Assembly (NCBI GenBank): GCA_002269645.1
Contig: NIVC01001533.1
Span: forward strand, 1-64,000
Origin: Macrostomum lignano
Lineage: Eukaryota
Length of the DNA stretch: 64,000 bases
Direction of reading: 5' to 3'
Position numbers and translations under genes: made by a program. Under the pieces are notes generated by a model. That model made no database searches. It was not told the origin of the DNA and saw nothing but the letters and a program-made list of their open reading frames with translations. This document shows, one piece after another, positions 11,301-23,600 of this stretch (positions are counted from its first letter, which is position 1; the number at the start of each line of letters is the position of its first letter).

Positions 11301-14300
11301 GAGTAAGGCGGCTGTCAACTGCTGGGCCACCGACATCACTGAACCTAGCGCAAGTGTGCCGATTGTTTCCCTGACAGAGAATTTTGCAGATTCTTTCATG
11401 CTTATATTTTTGTTCCGTCTCGCCTATAGGTTTTTATTTCTAGTCTTTTGTCTCCCATATCCCATGTCAGATATCTAATCTCACACATCCAGAGGCCAAT
11501 TCTGATATCTAGTCTCACAGATTTCAACTCCCAACTCCCATCTCAGATCTCTAATCTCCCAGGTTCCATCGCCCAGTTCAAATATCTAATCTCACAGATT
11601 CTAGATCCCATCTCCTATTATCTAATCTCGCCGATTTGATCACCCAGCTACTCATCTCCGATATCTAATCTCACAGATTCCATCTCCGATCACCAATATC
11701 TAATCACACAGATTCCATTTTTCATCGTCATATCTAATCTGAAAGATTCTAGATTCCATTTCCTATTATCTAATCTCACAGGTTCCACATCCCAGCTCAG
11801 ATATCTAATAGCACATTTCACAGATTCCATTTTTCATCATCATATCTAATCTCACAGATTCCAGATCCCATCTCCGATATCTAATCTCACAGATTCCAGA
11901 TCCCATCTCTGATATCTAATCTCACAGATTCCAGATTCCATCTCCGATATCTAATCTCACAGATATCTAATAGCACATTTCACAGATTCCATTTTTCATC
12001 ATCATATCTAATCTCACACATTCCATATCCCATCTCTGAAATCCCATCTCAATCTTGCTAAAGAGTTCAGCCGATCCAGAAATATCTCAATGACATCGCA
12101 GAGAAGAGAACTGAAATCAGACAGCCAAGAACTCAATCTATCAGTCGAACAGTGGAACAGAAACAGAAAGCGCCGGGATGAAAATAGAGAGCCAGCTGAA
12201 GAGCTGGGAAGTCGAATATCGATCTTTAATTCAGAAATGAGAGACGGCAGCAGCAGAGCTGCATAAAGTCCGTTGGGAATGAGCGTCAGGGGGGGGGGAG
12301 TGGCGGAGAAGCAGGCAGTGATGAGAGTCGAAGATTTCTCCCATCTAGTTAAGCGCATGTATTACACTGGGTACAGGCAGAGTTCCTTCAGCGTACCAAC
12401 TACTGCTATGCCCTCCCGCTGTTCGGGAATTCAGATACTTAGAAGAACTTCTATCTGAAGTAGAGAATTACAGCTGGGGAAAGTTTGAAAGTTAAAGACT
12501 TCTAATCACCAATGGAGGAGTTTTTATCTATGATATAATATCTTCGTTAAACTTCACCCCAGCCCAGCCAATCGCAGGCCGAGAGCGGAGCTGTTCGGTT
12601 ATTTTTCTAACATTTTATTTTTCTATATTTCAAAACTTAGGGGAATCATATAGTTTTCTGTGAAATTAAATTACGCCTATTTCTCTACCTACTTGCTTCA
12701 GTAGCAATGAACGAGTTTTTTATCTTTAATTTGAGAACTTTTCTTTATGCTCAAAATTTTACGTCGTCGAATTACTAGTGCAGGTGTAGAAAAAATACTA
12801 AACTAAAGACTATTTAATTGGAGTTAAATTGAAGGAGCAGGAGGAGCAGTAAGTGGGCGCAGGGCCCAAACCGATATATTTATAGAACATTTAACTTTGG
12901 GGGGTTGAGCCCAGAATAATAAAGAGAGGGGGTGGAGTGCGCGACTGAGGAAAGAGGCGAGAACGGAGAGCCAATCAGAACGCAGCAAGGGAGAGAGAGA
13001 TAAGAATAACAAGATTGAGCTAGACAGAGAGAGAAAACGGAGTAAACAGAGACAAGTGAAGGTGAACTAAGAAATGACTAGGAAAGTCGCGACACCCCCA
13101 AAAAATGGAACATTTTTTGAATTTTCGAGTACCAATAGAATTATGAATTAGAGTTCAAGAAACAACTTTAAAGCAAATTTAACAATGGTGTACAAATACG
13201 ACTAAGAATTTCAATACAAAACCTGTGGAGACTAGAGTGAATGCAAATTTGACCAAGAAATTTCACGTGTGCGATTTTAATGAATAAATTGTTACAACCA
13301 AATGAAAACTGACTACATCTACTCTCTCCCCTAAAAAATTAATTTAATTTTTTACATTGTGACTACATGGTACGGTGAAAGAAAAAATTGAATGACGAAT
13401 TAACGAGGCGATCTGGCAGGCGATGAGCGAAGAGACGATCCGGCAGGCGAGCCCCGAGGCGCCCCGGCCGAGAATTTGAAACCGAGAGAGAGTCGAGAGA
13501 CCGAGGACACCGCAGGACGCACCCCCGGCAGACGAATCGATGAGGCCGACAGACGAAGCGATGAGGCCGACAGACGAAGCGATGAGGCCGACAGACGAAG
13601 CGATGAGGCCGACAGACGAAGCGATGAGGCCGACAGACGAAGCGATGAGGCCGACAGACGAAGCGATGAGGCCGACAGACGAAGCGATGAGGCCGACAGA
13701 CGAAATGACGAGATGACTGGTGGAGGGCTACGACTATGACGATGGCATGGCCTTTGCCAGCCTTACTGAATTGACTTAATTATTTTACATTGGGCGCCAT
13801 GTAGAAAAAATACTAAACTAAAGACTATTTAATTGGAGTTAAATTGAAGGAGCAGGAGGAGCAGTAAGTGGGCGCAGGGCCCAAACCGATATATTTATAG
13901 AACATTTAACTTTGGGGGGTTGAGCCCAGAATAATAAAGAGAGGGGGTGGAGTGCGCGACTGAGGAAAGAGGCGAGAACGGAGAGCCAATCAGAACGCAG
14001 CAAGGGAGAGAGAGATAAGAATAACAAGATTGAGCTAGACAGAGAGAGAGAAAACGGAGTAAACAGAGACAAGTGAAGGTGAACTAAGAAATGACTAGGA
14101 AAGTCGCGACAGCAGGGTTCGGAAATTGTTTTATTTCAAGGGTCAGATAGAGAACCTAGAGCATGACTGCAGGCTCGAGGAGAGGAGAGAGGAGAGGGAA
14201 TAGAGAAGAGAGCTGAGAGATGATAGATAGGAGAAAAGAGAGTCGAGGAGGGATTGGCGAGGCAAGGCGAAAAGAGAGGAGACGAGAGGAGAGAAGAGAT

Positions 14301-15864
14301 GAAATAGGAGAGAAGGCAGAGGAGAAAGGAGAGAAGAGAATGAGAGGAAAGGAGAGGAGAGGAGAGAAGAGGAGAGGAGAGGAAATGAGAGAGAAGACAG
14401 TTGAGAAGACACAAACCTTGAGCGGGCCGAATTGCTATTGCGAAGTTTCAAAGGACCCGAGGGCCAGAGAGAGGCTTGCGGGTCGCATGTGGCCTGTGAC
14501 TATACCCCTTGTTTAGTCAGTAGTCACTTTAGCCAGCTCAAAACTTAAAGATGCTGACGATATGAAATTGCAAGCTTGTGAAGTTTCGAGTTTCCAAAAG
14601 CGAACCTGCTTTCGCACCCAACCCGCCCGCGCCCAGGCCAGCCAATCGCAGGCCGATCAGCTGTTCAGCCGGCTGGAAAGCCTCGACCTCGAGGAGGCCG
14701 GCTGTGAGCGTCGGCTGGCCGCCTTGGAGCTGGACAGCCGCCGACTGCGCCGCGACCTGCTGCGAACCAGCCGCAACACTGACCAGCTGGCCAATCAGAT
14801 TGTCTGCAACTCTCTGGCGCACAAGGTCTGCTTTCAGAAGAGAATAAAATTGTCTAAATTAAAGCTTTTTTAAGTTCCCTATTAATGTTTGTTTACAACT
14901 CCATCAAATGAGTCATTGAATCGCACGGATCCGAGTACAAGTCACGTGATCGAACCGAATTTTGGTCGCGTCTCGTGACCAAAAACTTCCAGCAAATGTG
15001 ATTCCGCTCAGGGAGACCCGTCTGTCTCGCCTGCAGCGCGGTCCTCCTCACCAGCGGTTGGGAAGAAGCTGGCTCCTTCCGTGTCCCTGAGGTACCGGAC
15101 GTTAGCGGTATGCTCTCGGGCCTGCAAACCTCAAAGAGGTGATTGAGCCTGGCCTTGCTGAAAAACAGCTGATAAATTGTTCACAGTTTTCACTGCTTGA
15201 GCGGCAGACGAGACACCGCTCAAGCCATGGAAGAAACGGATGGAGGGTCGTGCTGACTACTTTGAGGTACCTCTGGTTCAGCCTAAGGAGGGCTCTAAGG
15301 AGGGGATGACAAGAGGCAGCATTTTTTCATTGATTTGTACACCATTCGTGCGATTTTAGGACTCAATTGATGGGAGGACACTCTTTCAGTTAGTTAATTG
15401 CCGCTAGGGGCTCTGGCACTGCCGAAAATCAAGAGGCGACAGCCGACCGGTTTCAGAGTCTCACCGAGCAGAGCCGCTACCTGCGGCTGCGCCTGGACGA
15501 GACGGAGCAGCGAAGTCGCCAACTGGCCGCGGCCGTGGCTGCGCTGACTCGACTGGTGAACCTGGAGCAGGCCGGTTGCGACCCCGAAGACCTGAGCTGC
15601 TCATCCAGCCTGAACTGCAGTGTGGAGCTCAACGTCGGAGGGGACGCTATCAATGACTGCGGAGATGATCGCGAATGTGCGGCAGCAGCTCCAGCTCGAG
15701 ACGATGACGGCTATTCGTCTCTGGCACCCACAGCGATGGCTGCCGCTGCAGCGGCTGCCGCGGAGGCTTCAGCCGGTCTGGCAACCCGCTTTGAGCCGAT
15801 GTCGATGGACGATTTTTACATCGACGATGACTTTGAGGTGCAGCGAGTTCTTGCTGGGAGATGA
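8352..15864 (+). CDS. Orphan coiled-coil protein, 7-exon model
   Basis: Phase-compatible exons 8352-8396, 9241-9338, 9465-9531, 10270-10400, 10870-10990, 14637-14825 and 15457-15864, mostly with GTAAG/GTGAG donors. Heptad-like segments LFSRLESLDLEEAGCERRLAALELDSRRLRRDL and LRLRLDETEQRSRQLAAAVAALTRL. The acceptor at 9465 (GAG) and the donor at 14825 (GTCTGC) are weak. No family recognised. Confidence 0.55.
8746..9096 (+). mobile_element. tRNA/CORE-like SINE (copy 2), interrupted by a 45-bp hairpin insertion
   Basis: tRNA head GTAGCCCAGTGGTTAGAGCG..GGTTCGATTC, CORE-like GTCCTAAGCAAGACACTTAAC..CAGCTGTAAAATGGG, and the shared 3' tail. Confidence 0.88.
8963..9007. mobile_element. 45-bp minimal TIR element: 20-bp perfect inverted arms, 5-nt loop, 8-bp TSD
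   Basis: CACAGACCAAGAAATATAAC-CAAGA-GTTATATTTCTTGGTCTGTG flanked by ACGCAGCC (8955-8962 and 9008-9015). The other SINE copies have one ACGCAGCC and no insert. Confidence 0.85.
9671..9998 (+). mobile_element. tRNA/CORE-like SINE (copy 3), full length with (TTA)n-type tail
   Basis: A and B boxes, GTGTCCTTGAGCAAGACACTTTACCCTCTCTG..CTGTAAAATGGG core, and a TTA-rich tail. Confidence 0.9.
10410..10820. repeat. Intronic minisatellite, about 16-17-bp unit GGGGGTGACACAGGCTG
   Basis: Fills most of the predicted intron 10401-10869, starting about 9 bp after the GTAAGT donor. Confidence 0.95.
11470..12045. repeat. Degenerate minisatellite (ATATCTAATCTCACAGATTCCA...)
   Basis: Recurrent ATATCTAATCTCACAGATTC motif at irregular period. 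Confidence 0.8.
12785..14111 (-). mobile_element. Non-autonomous LTR retroelement (TRIM-like), about 1.33 kb
   Basis: Near-identical TG..CA LTRs at 12785-13094 and 13800-14111. 5-bp TSD GCAGG (12780-12784, 14112-14116). PBS TGGCGCCCAA on the minus strand at 13799-13790. T6G5 tract before the 3' LTR. Non-coding interior with a 21-bp tandem repeat (about 13545-13705). Confidence 0.9.
14112..14510. mobile_element. hAT-type MITE with GA-rich interior (left terminus interrupted by the TRIM)
   Basis: CAGGGTTCGGAAA.. start, with internal blocks (AAACCTTGAGCGGGCCG..GAGGGCC..AGAGAGGCTT) shared with 33454-33941 and 52204-52689. Right end degenerate. Confidence 0.7.
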
Positions 15865-16663
15865 CACAGTGGGAGATGACACAGTGGGAGATGACACAGT
15901 GGGAGATGACACAGTGGGAGATGACACAGTGGGAGATGACACAGTGGGAGATGACACAGTGGGAGATGACACAGTGGGAGATGACACAGTGGGAGATGAC
16001 ACAGTGGGAGATGACACAGTGGGAGATGACACAGTGGGAGATGACACAGTGGGAGATGACACAGTGGGAGATGACACAGTGGGAGATGACACAGTGGGAG
16101 ATGACACAGTGGGAGATGACACAGTGGGAGATGACACAGTGGGAGATGACACAGTGGGAGATGACACAGTGGGAGATGACACAGTGGGAGATGACACAGT
16201 GGGAGATGACACAGTGGGAGATGACACAGTGGGAGATGACACAGTGGGAGATGACACAGTGGGAGATGACACAGTGGGAGATGACACAGTGGGAGATGAC
16301 ACAGTGGGAGATGACACAGTGGGAGATGACACAGTGGGAGATGACACAGTGGGAGATGACACAGTGGGAGATGACACAGTGGGAGATGACACAGTGGGAG
16401 ATGACACAGTGGGAGATGACACAGTGGGAGATGACACAGTGGGAGATGACACAGTGGGAGATGACACAGTGGGAGATGACACAGTGGGAGATGACACAGT
16501 GGGAGATGACACAGTGGGAGATGGCACAGTGGGAGATGACACAGTGGGAGATGACACAGTGGGAGATGACACAGTGGGAGATGACACAGTGGGAGATGAC
16601 ACAGTGGGAGATGACACAGTGGGAGATGACACAGTGGGAGATGACACAGTGGGAGATGACACA
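15856..16663. repeat. 15-bp minisatellite GGGAGATGACACAGT, about 54 copies
   Basis: Almost perfect array with one variant unit near 16522. It begins in the last codons of the coiled-coil ORF. Confidence 0.98.
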
Positions 16664-17676
16664 TCATCTCCATGTATCATATGGATCAAATGTATGTATG
16701 TATGTATCATATGGATCGTACGTTTCCATGTGCATTTCAAAAAATGTTTAAACATAAAAAAATATTTAATAATAATCTATTCAAGATTACGTTCACTAAC
16801 TTCAAACTTCAATATTTCCTGCTTAAAAATATTTATTCACACAGTAGTCTAGAAATGAATAAATAAGACATACGAACTAGATTTAAGACTTAGACAACAA
16901 ATTTACTTTGCTATTCAACAAAAACTGTGTATGGCTCAATTACGAATGGCATTGAAGAATCGCGAGCTCATAGGTCAAAACGGGCATGCTGTCGTGAAAA
17001 TTGCATAGCAATCTGTGCTATCCTAGAAAAGATAATGCTCTGAAACAAAGACAATCCTTGCATAATTAATACAAACTAATGCGAGAGCAATTAGTGAGGT
17101 GTGTAACGACAAAATAATAAATTTCTCCCTTTGATAGCCTAGCATTGGTCGAGTCCCCCTGCTCTGTGATAACTCGTCGGCACACAATATCCGAACTGAC
17201 TACTCGCGAGTAGTGAGTAAGCAGTCGACAGAAGGTGAGACACCCAGTGTGCGCAGAATTCATGGTTCAAAAAAATTGAAATGGACCACAAGGGAAACAA
17301 TACTCTAATTATAAAAAAATAGTGCTCAAAGCTTGCTCATGAGAGTTTAGTTGCAACTCTTTCGGTGCTGAAAGCAAAAAAAATTAGCGATCATAAAAGT
17401 GCAGGGAATTCCAAGTGAAGTGGCGCGTGCTTCATCAAGCTTTGCTCACAGGGAATATCTGGGCTTGCAATGCCATCCACGCAGGATTCTCTGTGAATTA
17501 AAGGGTGCAAAAGGTCAATTATGAGTACCTTATTCTCCAATTTTTGCTCACATGCAATGCAAAAGGTCAGTGTGTACATCACTATTCAGTCTGGTAAATG
17601 TACAATGGTCGCCCGCCTCATTCCACTCTCATACAGCAACCCCACTCCGCATTCTGATTGGCTGTGGCTTGGCAGT

Positions 17677-20600
17677 CTAGGCGTCAGTTTCAATCGGGGG
17701 CAGCGAGCTCTGCGCCACTTTGCCATTGGCCACAGTTGCTCCTCCCACGAAGCCGGAGTCGTTGCTCTCCGAGGCGGTCAAGTTGGTTGACTGCTGCTCA
17801 TGCTCCTGATGCTGTTGCTTCTGATTCCCTTGATGTTGCTTCTGCTTCTGCAGTTGCTGCTTTTCAGGCGACTCCGTCTCAGTCCGAGCTTCGTTGTCGT
17901 CAATTTTCCGGTCCGGGTTGTCCGGTTTCGCTTCCGCAGTGGGGGGCGGCGGCTTCTTCAGACCGAGGGAGGCCAGGCTGGGGTGCAGAGCGAGCGAGGG
18001 GATCAAAATTAGGGGAGCAGCGATTCGCCACGAATCCTGGCAAGAATGCGAGTAATCTTCGCAGTGATATCAGCTTCTTCCGAGATCCCAATTTAACAAA
18101 TTCCCGAATACCCTACCCCTGCTCGAGGGGAAGACCGCGGGAAAGGCCTCATTAAGCACGGCCTGGCTGCAGCTCGCTCCCCCCACGCAGTCTCCCAGCT
18201 GCCTCTCTCGCCACTGCTAGGCTGAAACAATCGCGCATTGAAAGCCCGCATCTCACTCTGCTCTTTGAATGGAGCAGCTCAGAGTATCCCAGATAAGCCT
18301 GTAAGCCAAACAGTAAGCTGTCTGTCTTGCTCAAGCCCTCACAGCCATCCTAATGACCAGTTCAGCCTAAGCATCAAGGTGAAACCGAATTATTTTTCTG
18401 TCCAAATGAATCCCGACTTAGTAAATTGACTTGAAAGGCGGGCCGTAGCCCAGTGGTCTAGTGCGGCGCTCTGATGTGCCAGCGGCCCTGGCTCGATTCC
18501 AAGTGCAGGCGCTAAATTGGAATCTCGGCTTGGCTCTGCACGTGCAATTAGCGCCCTTGAGGGGACCAAGGGGACCAAGGCACAGTGAAGTGTACATGCC
18601 TAACGATAAATAAAGTTAGGGCCGCTGTACACTCCTGTGTGAGTGTGTGCCTGTGCGTATGACTGCGTACGTATCCGCGCGCTTGTGTGCCTTGCTCAAG
18701 GGGATTAGAACCAATTTATGTATGGTTTTATCGAATTTTAATACATGGCTTAATGCTCTTCCAACCTGCCTTATATTGGTTGATTATTTCAGAGCAGCTT
18801 TGACCCGCTTTGTAGGGAAGAGGATACTAAAGCTACTGAAGGGGAACAAGACTAAAAGGGATAAAAGAAGAGGCAGAGAGGGGAAGATCAAGGGAGCAGG
18901 GAGTCGGAGAATGTTAAATCTAATTAAATCCTCGCACATCAACACCCCAGCCAGCCCTGCTACAGCCGCGGCCCTGAATGTGCGAATCAACTCAACCCCC
19001 ATCCCGGCTGCTGGCTGGCGTGATGTAAGCCGAGTCACGTCACCGTTTGTGCTCAATTACCTGATTCACAGGCAGGTAAGGTAAGGCATTATAGCTGGGA
19101 AGGGATAGGCAGACAGACCTGCTTAGGTTTTGCAGCCTAGACATTCGATAAAATTAGAAAGGCATGAGCAAGAAAAAGTAGGCTGTTTTTAATTGGAAGC
19201 TGCAGCTCGAGCCTCATCAGTTGCGTCTCTCACTAAACTTTGCTACTGCAGTTTCCAGGGTTGATTTAAAATAATGCTTGTTTGGAGCCGAAAGAGTTCT
19301 CTCTGTACTATGCTTTTATTATCTCAAATTCATATTATTTTTGAAAACGCTGAGTCTGCTTAAGTTGAAGAATTTTCATTAAAATATTCAAGTATATATA
19401 AGTTTTAGAAACTGCTTTTTACTGTTTGAAACTCCAATTATTATCATTCATTTTATCAGCAAGACAAGAATTCAGTTAAAATGAAACTTCTCTCTGAGTA
19501 CTGAATTTTTCTGACTCCTACTGACAAAATAAAGTGCCCGCTCAAGTAAAATGGCGCCCACTCAAGTGAAATGGCGCCTACTCAAGTAAAATGGCACTCA
19601 CTCAAGTGAAATGGCGCCTACTCAAGTAAAATGGCACTCACTCAAGTGAAATGGCGCCTACTCAAGTAAAATGGCACTCACTCAAGTGAAATGGCGCCTA
19701 CTCAAGTAAAATGGCACTCACTCAAGTGAAATGGCGCCTACTCAAGTAAAATGGCACTCACTCAAGTGAAATGGCGCCTACTCAAGTAAAATGGCACTCA
19801 CTCAAGTGAAATGGCGCCTACTCAAGTAAAATGGCACTCACTCAAGTGAAATGGCGCCTACTCAAGTAAAATGGCACTCACTCAAGTGAAATGGCGCCTA
19901 CTCAAGTAAAATGGCACTCACTCAAGTGAAATGGCGCCTACTCAAGTAAAATGGCACTCACTCAAGTGAAATGGCACTTACTCAAGTGAATGGCGCCCAC
20001 TTAAAACAAATGGCTCCGTCCCCGCCGCTCACCCGTGATTATCGGTCCCTTCAACAATTTCAGGCGGTTCCGGCAGCGGCTTATTGAAGTTGTCCTTGCC
20101 AACCAGCCAGTACGACTTCACCATGCCGCGGCCCTTCAGTTCGACCTCGCCTCGCAGCTGCAGGTGATAGCCGCCCAGCTGGTCAAGGATGGCCTTAGTA
20201 AACGGGCTCACGTGGATACGGAAAGCCGCTCCGGTGGACTCCATGCGGCTTGCAGTGTTCACCGTGTCTCCGAAGAGGCAGTACCTGAAAGACAAAAAGA
20301 TTTCCATGCTTTACAGAGCCTACAGATTAGATTGGGAACCGCTGGCAATCATAATTAACACCAGTTATTCCTTTATTGCGTCTTTTCTGGAATTTTCTCA
20401 ACTAAATCTTCTAAAGGTGAAATGTGAGCTGTCCAACTCAATGGCTTTTTATTAACTTGATTGGCTGTATTGTCTATGGCCGATTGCAGTTCTGCGGCAG
20501 TGGCTGCCATTGCGAGCTGTCCAATTCATTGGCTTTTTATTAACTTGATTGGCTGTATTGTCTATGGCCGAGTGCAGTTCTGCGGCAGTGGCTTCTGTTG

Positions 20601-23600
20601 CGAGCTGTCCAATTCATTGGCTTTTTATTAACTTGATTGGCTGTATTGTCTATGGCCGAGTGCAGTTCTGCGGCAGTGGCTGCCATTGCGAGCTGTCCAA
20701 TTCATTGGCTTTTTATTAACTTGATTGGCTGTATTGTCTATGGCCGAGTGCAGTTCTGTGGCAGTGGCTTCTGTTGCGAGCTGTCCAACTCAATGGCTTT
20801 TTATTAACTTGATTGGCTGTATTGTCTATGGCCGAGTGCAGTTCTGCGGCAGTGGCTGCCATTGCGAGCTGTCCAATTCATTGGCTTTTTATTAACTTGA
20901 TTGGCTGTATTGTCTATGGCCGAGTGCAGTTCTGCGGCAGTGGCTTCTGTTGCGAGCTGTCCAATTCATTGGCTTTTTATTAACTTGATTGGCTGTATTG
21001 TCTATGGCCGAGTGCAGTTCTGTGGCAGTGGCTTCTGTTGCGAGCTGTCCAATTCATTGGCTTTTTATTAACTTGATTGGCTGTATTGTCTATGGCCGAG
21101 TGCAGTTCTGCGGCAGTGGCTGCCATTGCGAGCTGTCCAATTCATTGGCTTTTTATTAACTTGATTGGCTGTATTGTCTATGGCCGAGTGCAGTTCTGTG
21201 GCAGTGGCTTCTGTTGCGAGCTGTCCAATTCATTGGCTTTTTATTAACTTGATTGGCTGTATTGTCTATGGCCGAGTGCAGTTCTGCGGCAGTGGCTTCT
21301 GTTGCAGAAAATTTTGGATTCTTTACTTAATCGGCTTAGTTATAAGCTTGACTGACAAAAAAAATACTGATTAACTTTTATAAACTATTCTAACTTGTGA
21401 ATCAGCATCGCGGAAAACACAAGTTTGCTATACTTGTAATTCGGAAACTCAGAAGGTAATCCTTAATAGTTTGAGTTACATAGCAGACAAAAACCGGCAT
21501 CCAGTGAAGTTTTCACAATTGGAGAGTGATGAGTGACAATTTGACAGCTACATGAGGCAAGGACGTATGAGCCACCCAGTTTTTTACTGCTGTCACTTTG
21601 TCACGTAAAATTAAAATTATTGTTTTTGTCATGCTAAGTTGAAAGCAGTATAGAATAAATATTGGTTGGGCCATAGACAACGAAGTTAACGAAGTCTGGA
21701 AACTGTCATGTCTATGGCCAAACCTTGTACAGACTGTTGCCAAGGATTTGCAACGTGGACAGGGTAAGTCAGGGCTACTGCCATTCGGAATATGTTTTTA
21801 AACTGGACAAGGTATTTAGGTAGCATTCAACAGTTAGCAAATATAGCTTTTTGCAGCCCATTCAGGCTTACGCGGCAATTGATTTGGTCCAACAAGCATC
21901 AATTTGGTCCATAGCTTAATTTGCAACTGCTGCGGAGGAGCAAGATCAGCCCCATGATTGTTGATCATATGCTAGGCTGTCGAATGAATGCCATTGGCTT
22001 GTGATCGAAGCACTCGACAGAGGTGAACACCCAAAAGGACATTGCAAGGCTGCTGAATGGAAAAGAAAATATGGTTTCCAGCATCCATCAGCGCGTTGAA
22101 CCACTGCCGGTCGCCTGCGAAAGGGTGGCAATCGCCAAGGCAAGTTGCTCAAGAGCCTCAAGTCCAGCTGCCACTCGATATTGCAGAAAATACAGCAGAA
22201 GTTGAAGGAACAGTTCCAGTTGGTTATCAGATTTCGACTATCAGCAGAGCTCTGGAAAAGCGACTGAAAATATTCGGTAAAGACGCTGACATTCCAGCGG
22301 TACACAACAACCTGCAGGCAGTTGCGAGAATTCAAGAGCTTGCCGAATGACTCACTAGTGTTTGGACCAAATTGATGCTTGTTGGACCAAATCAGATGCC
22401 GCTGTACCAGCCTTGCTACCATAGACAAAAGCTCCGTTTCTTTGGCAAACGTATCTTGGACTAAATTAAATGCGCGTAAGCCCATATGAACTGTAAAATG
22501 CTATACCAATTGTTAAAAAAATACAGGAGGAATTATTAGGAGGAACGGCTGTGGAATGTGATTTGATTGTAATTGGTGCAACTGTCGTGCCGCAGTGCAC
22601 CGTTGCATCCTGTTAGCATAACTTTCTCAAAAGGAAATTCGAGCAAAAAAGAGGTGAACTCGGCTAACGTGAACAGCGGGTTCAGCCGTCGCTCACCTGG
22701 GCATGGTGAGTCCAACCACCCCAGCCACGCAACTGCCGCTGTGCAGGCCGATGCGCAGTCGCAGCGGTATATCCGGCATGTGGCGAATGGTGAAGCTGCC
22801 GCACCGGGACAGCAGGTCCAGCGCCACAGTGGAAATCTCGCCCGCGTGCCGGTTTCCGTTGCGGGTTGGCAGGCCGGAGACGACCATGTAGGCGTCGCCG
22901 ATGGTCTCCACCTGGGCAGGTAAGCAGGAGTGGAGTTGAAAGATCTGCTGTTATAATTCTGTCTGTAGGGAAAATGCTACAGATAGAGCTGGATTTCTGT
23001 CGTGGCCTGAAAGAGATTTTGCGTGGCGATGGCGTTTCCTGTTTCTTGGTTGAGCTTCTTGTATGCGGAAATAGGCCAGAGACCCTTACGAGCATAAAAT
23101 GTACTAAGACAGCTTCAGAACACAGGATGTTGCACTTCCGAATATATTTCTAGATTTCGAAATGCCACTTTGAATTACACTTGTCTTCGTTTTCTGAGGG
23201 TGTAAAGACTACTAAAGCTTCATTCAGACACATTGAATCCAATCGGTCTTTTCGAAATTTGCCAATAGTCAACGGCAGGGGTCGGCAACCTTTTTCCACT
23301 TGAGGGCCAGATGAGGTTTTCAGTTCAAGACCACGGGCCACAGGTCGTCCCCCGATTACTTCGCCCCCCCCCCTGGGTCTTTCTTTATCCTCCAAAATCT
23401 GCCCTCTGGGTCTTTACCCTCCAGAATCCGCCCTCTGGGTCTTTACCTCCAAAATTTGCCCCATGGTTCTTTACCCTCCAGAATCCGCCCCCTGGGTCTT
23501 TACCTTCCAGAATCCGCCCCCTGGGTCTTTACCCTCCAGAATCCGCCCCGTCAGTCTTTACCTTCCAGAATCCGCCCCCTGGGTCTTTACCCTCCAAAAT

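Noticed and set aside
12014-12358. Open frames at 12.0-12.36 kb as an additional exon or gene
   Set aside because: The plus-strand frame has a possible acceptor but no convincing donor before a stop, and the minus ORF has no recognisable motif.
15620-16852. Long ORFs (GDDTV)n, (MTQWE)n, (SSPTV)n, (CHLPL)n; likewise ORFs over 10326-10851, 26936-28758, 32394-33248, 48612-48938 and 56090-56766
   Set aside because: They arise from stop-free minisatellite units, are open in several frames, and lie in introns or UTRs of better-supported genes.
20430-21305. Regularly spaced repeats that might be a CRISPR array (also 38588-39518)
   Set aside because: Units are head-to-tail tandem copies with no unique spacers, there are no cas genes, and the context is eukaryotic.
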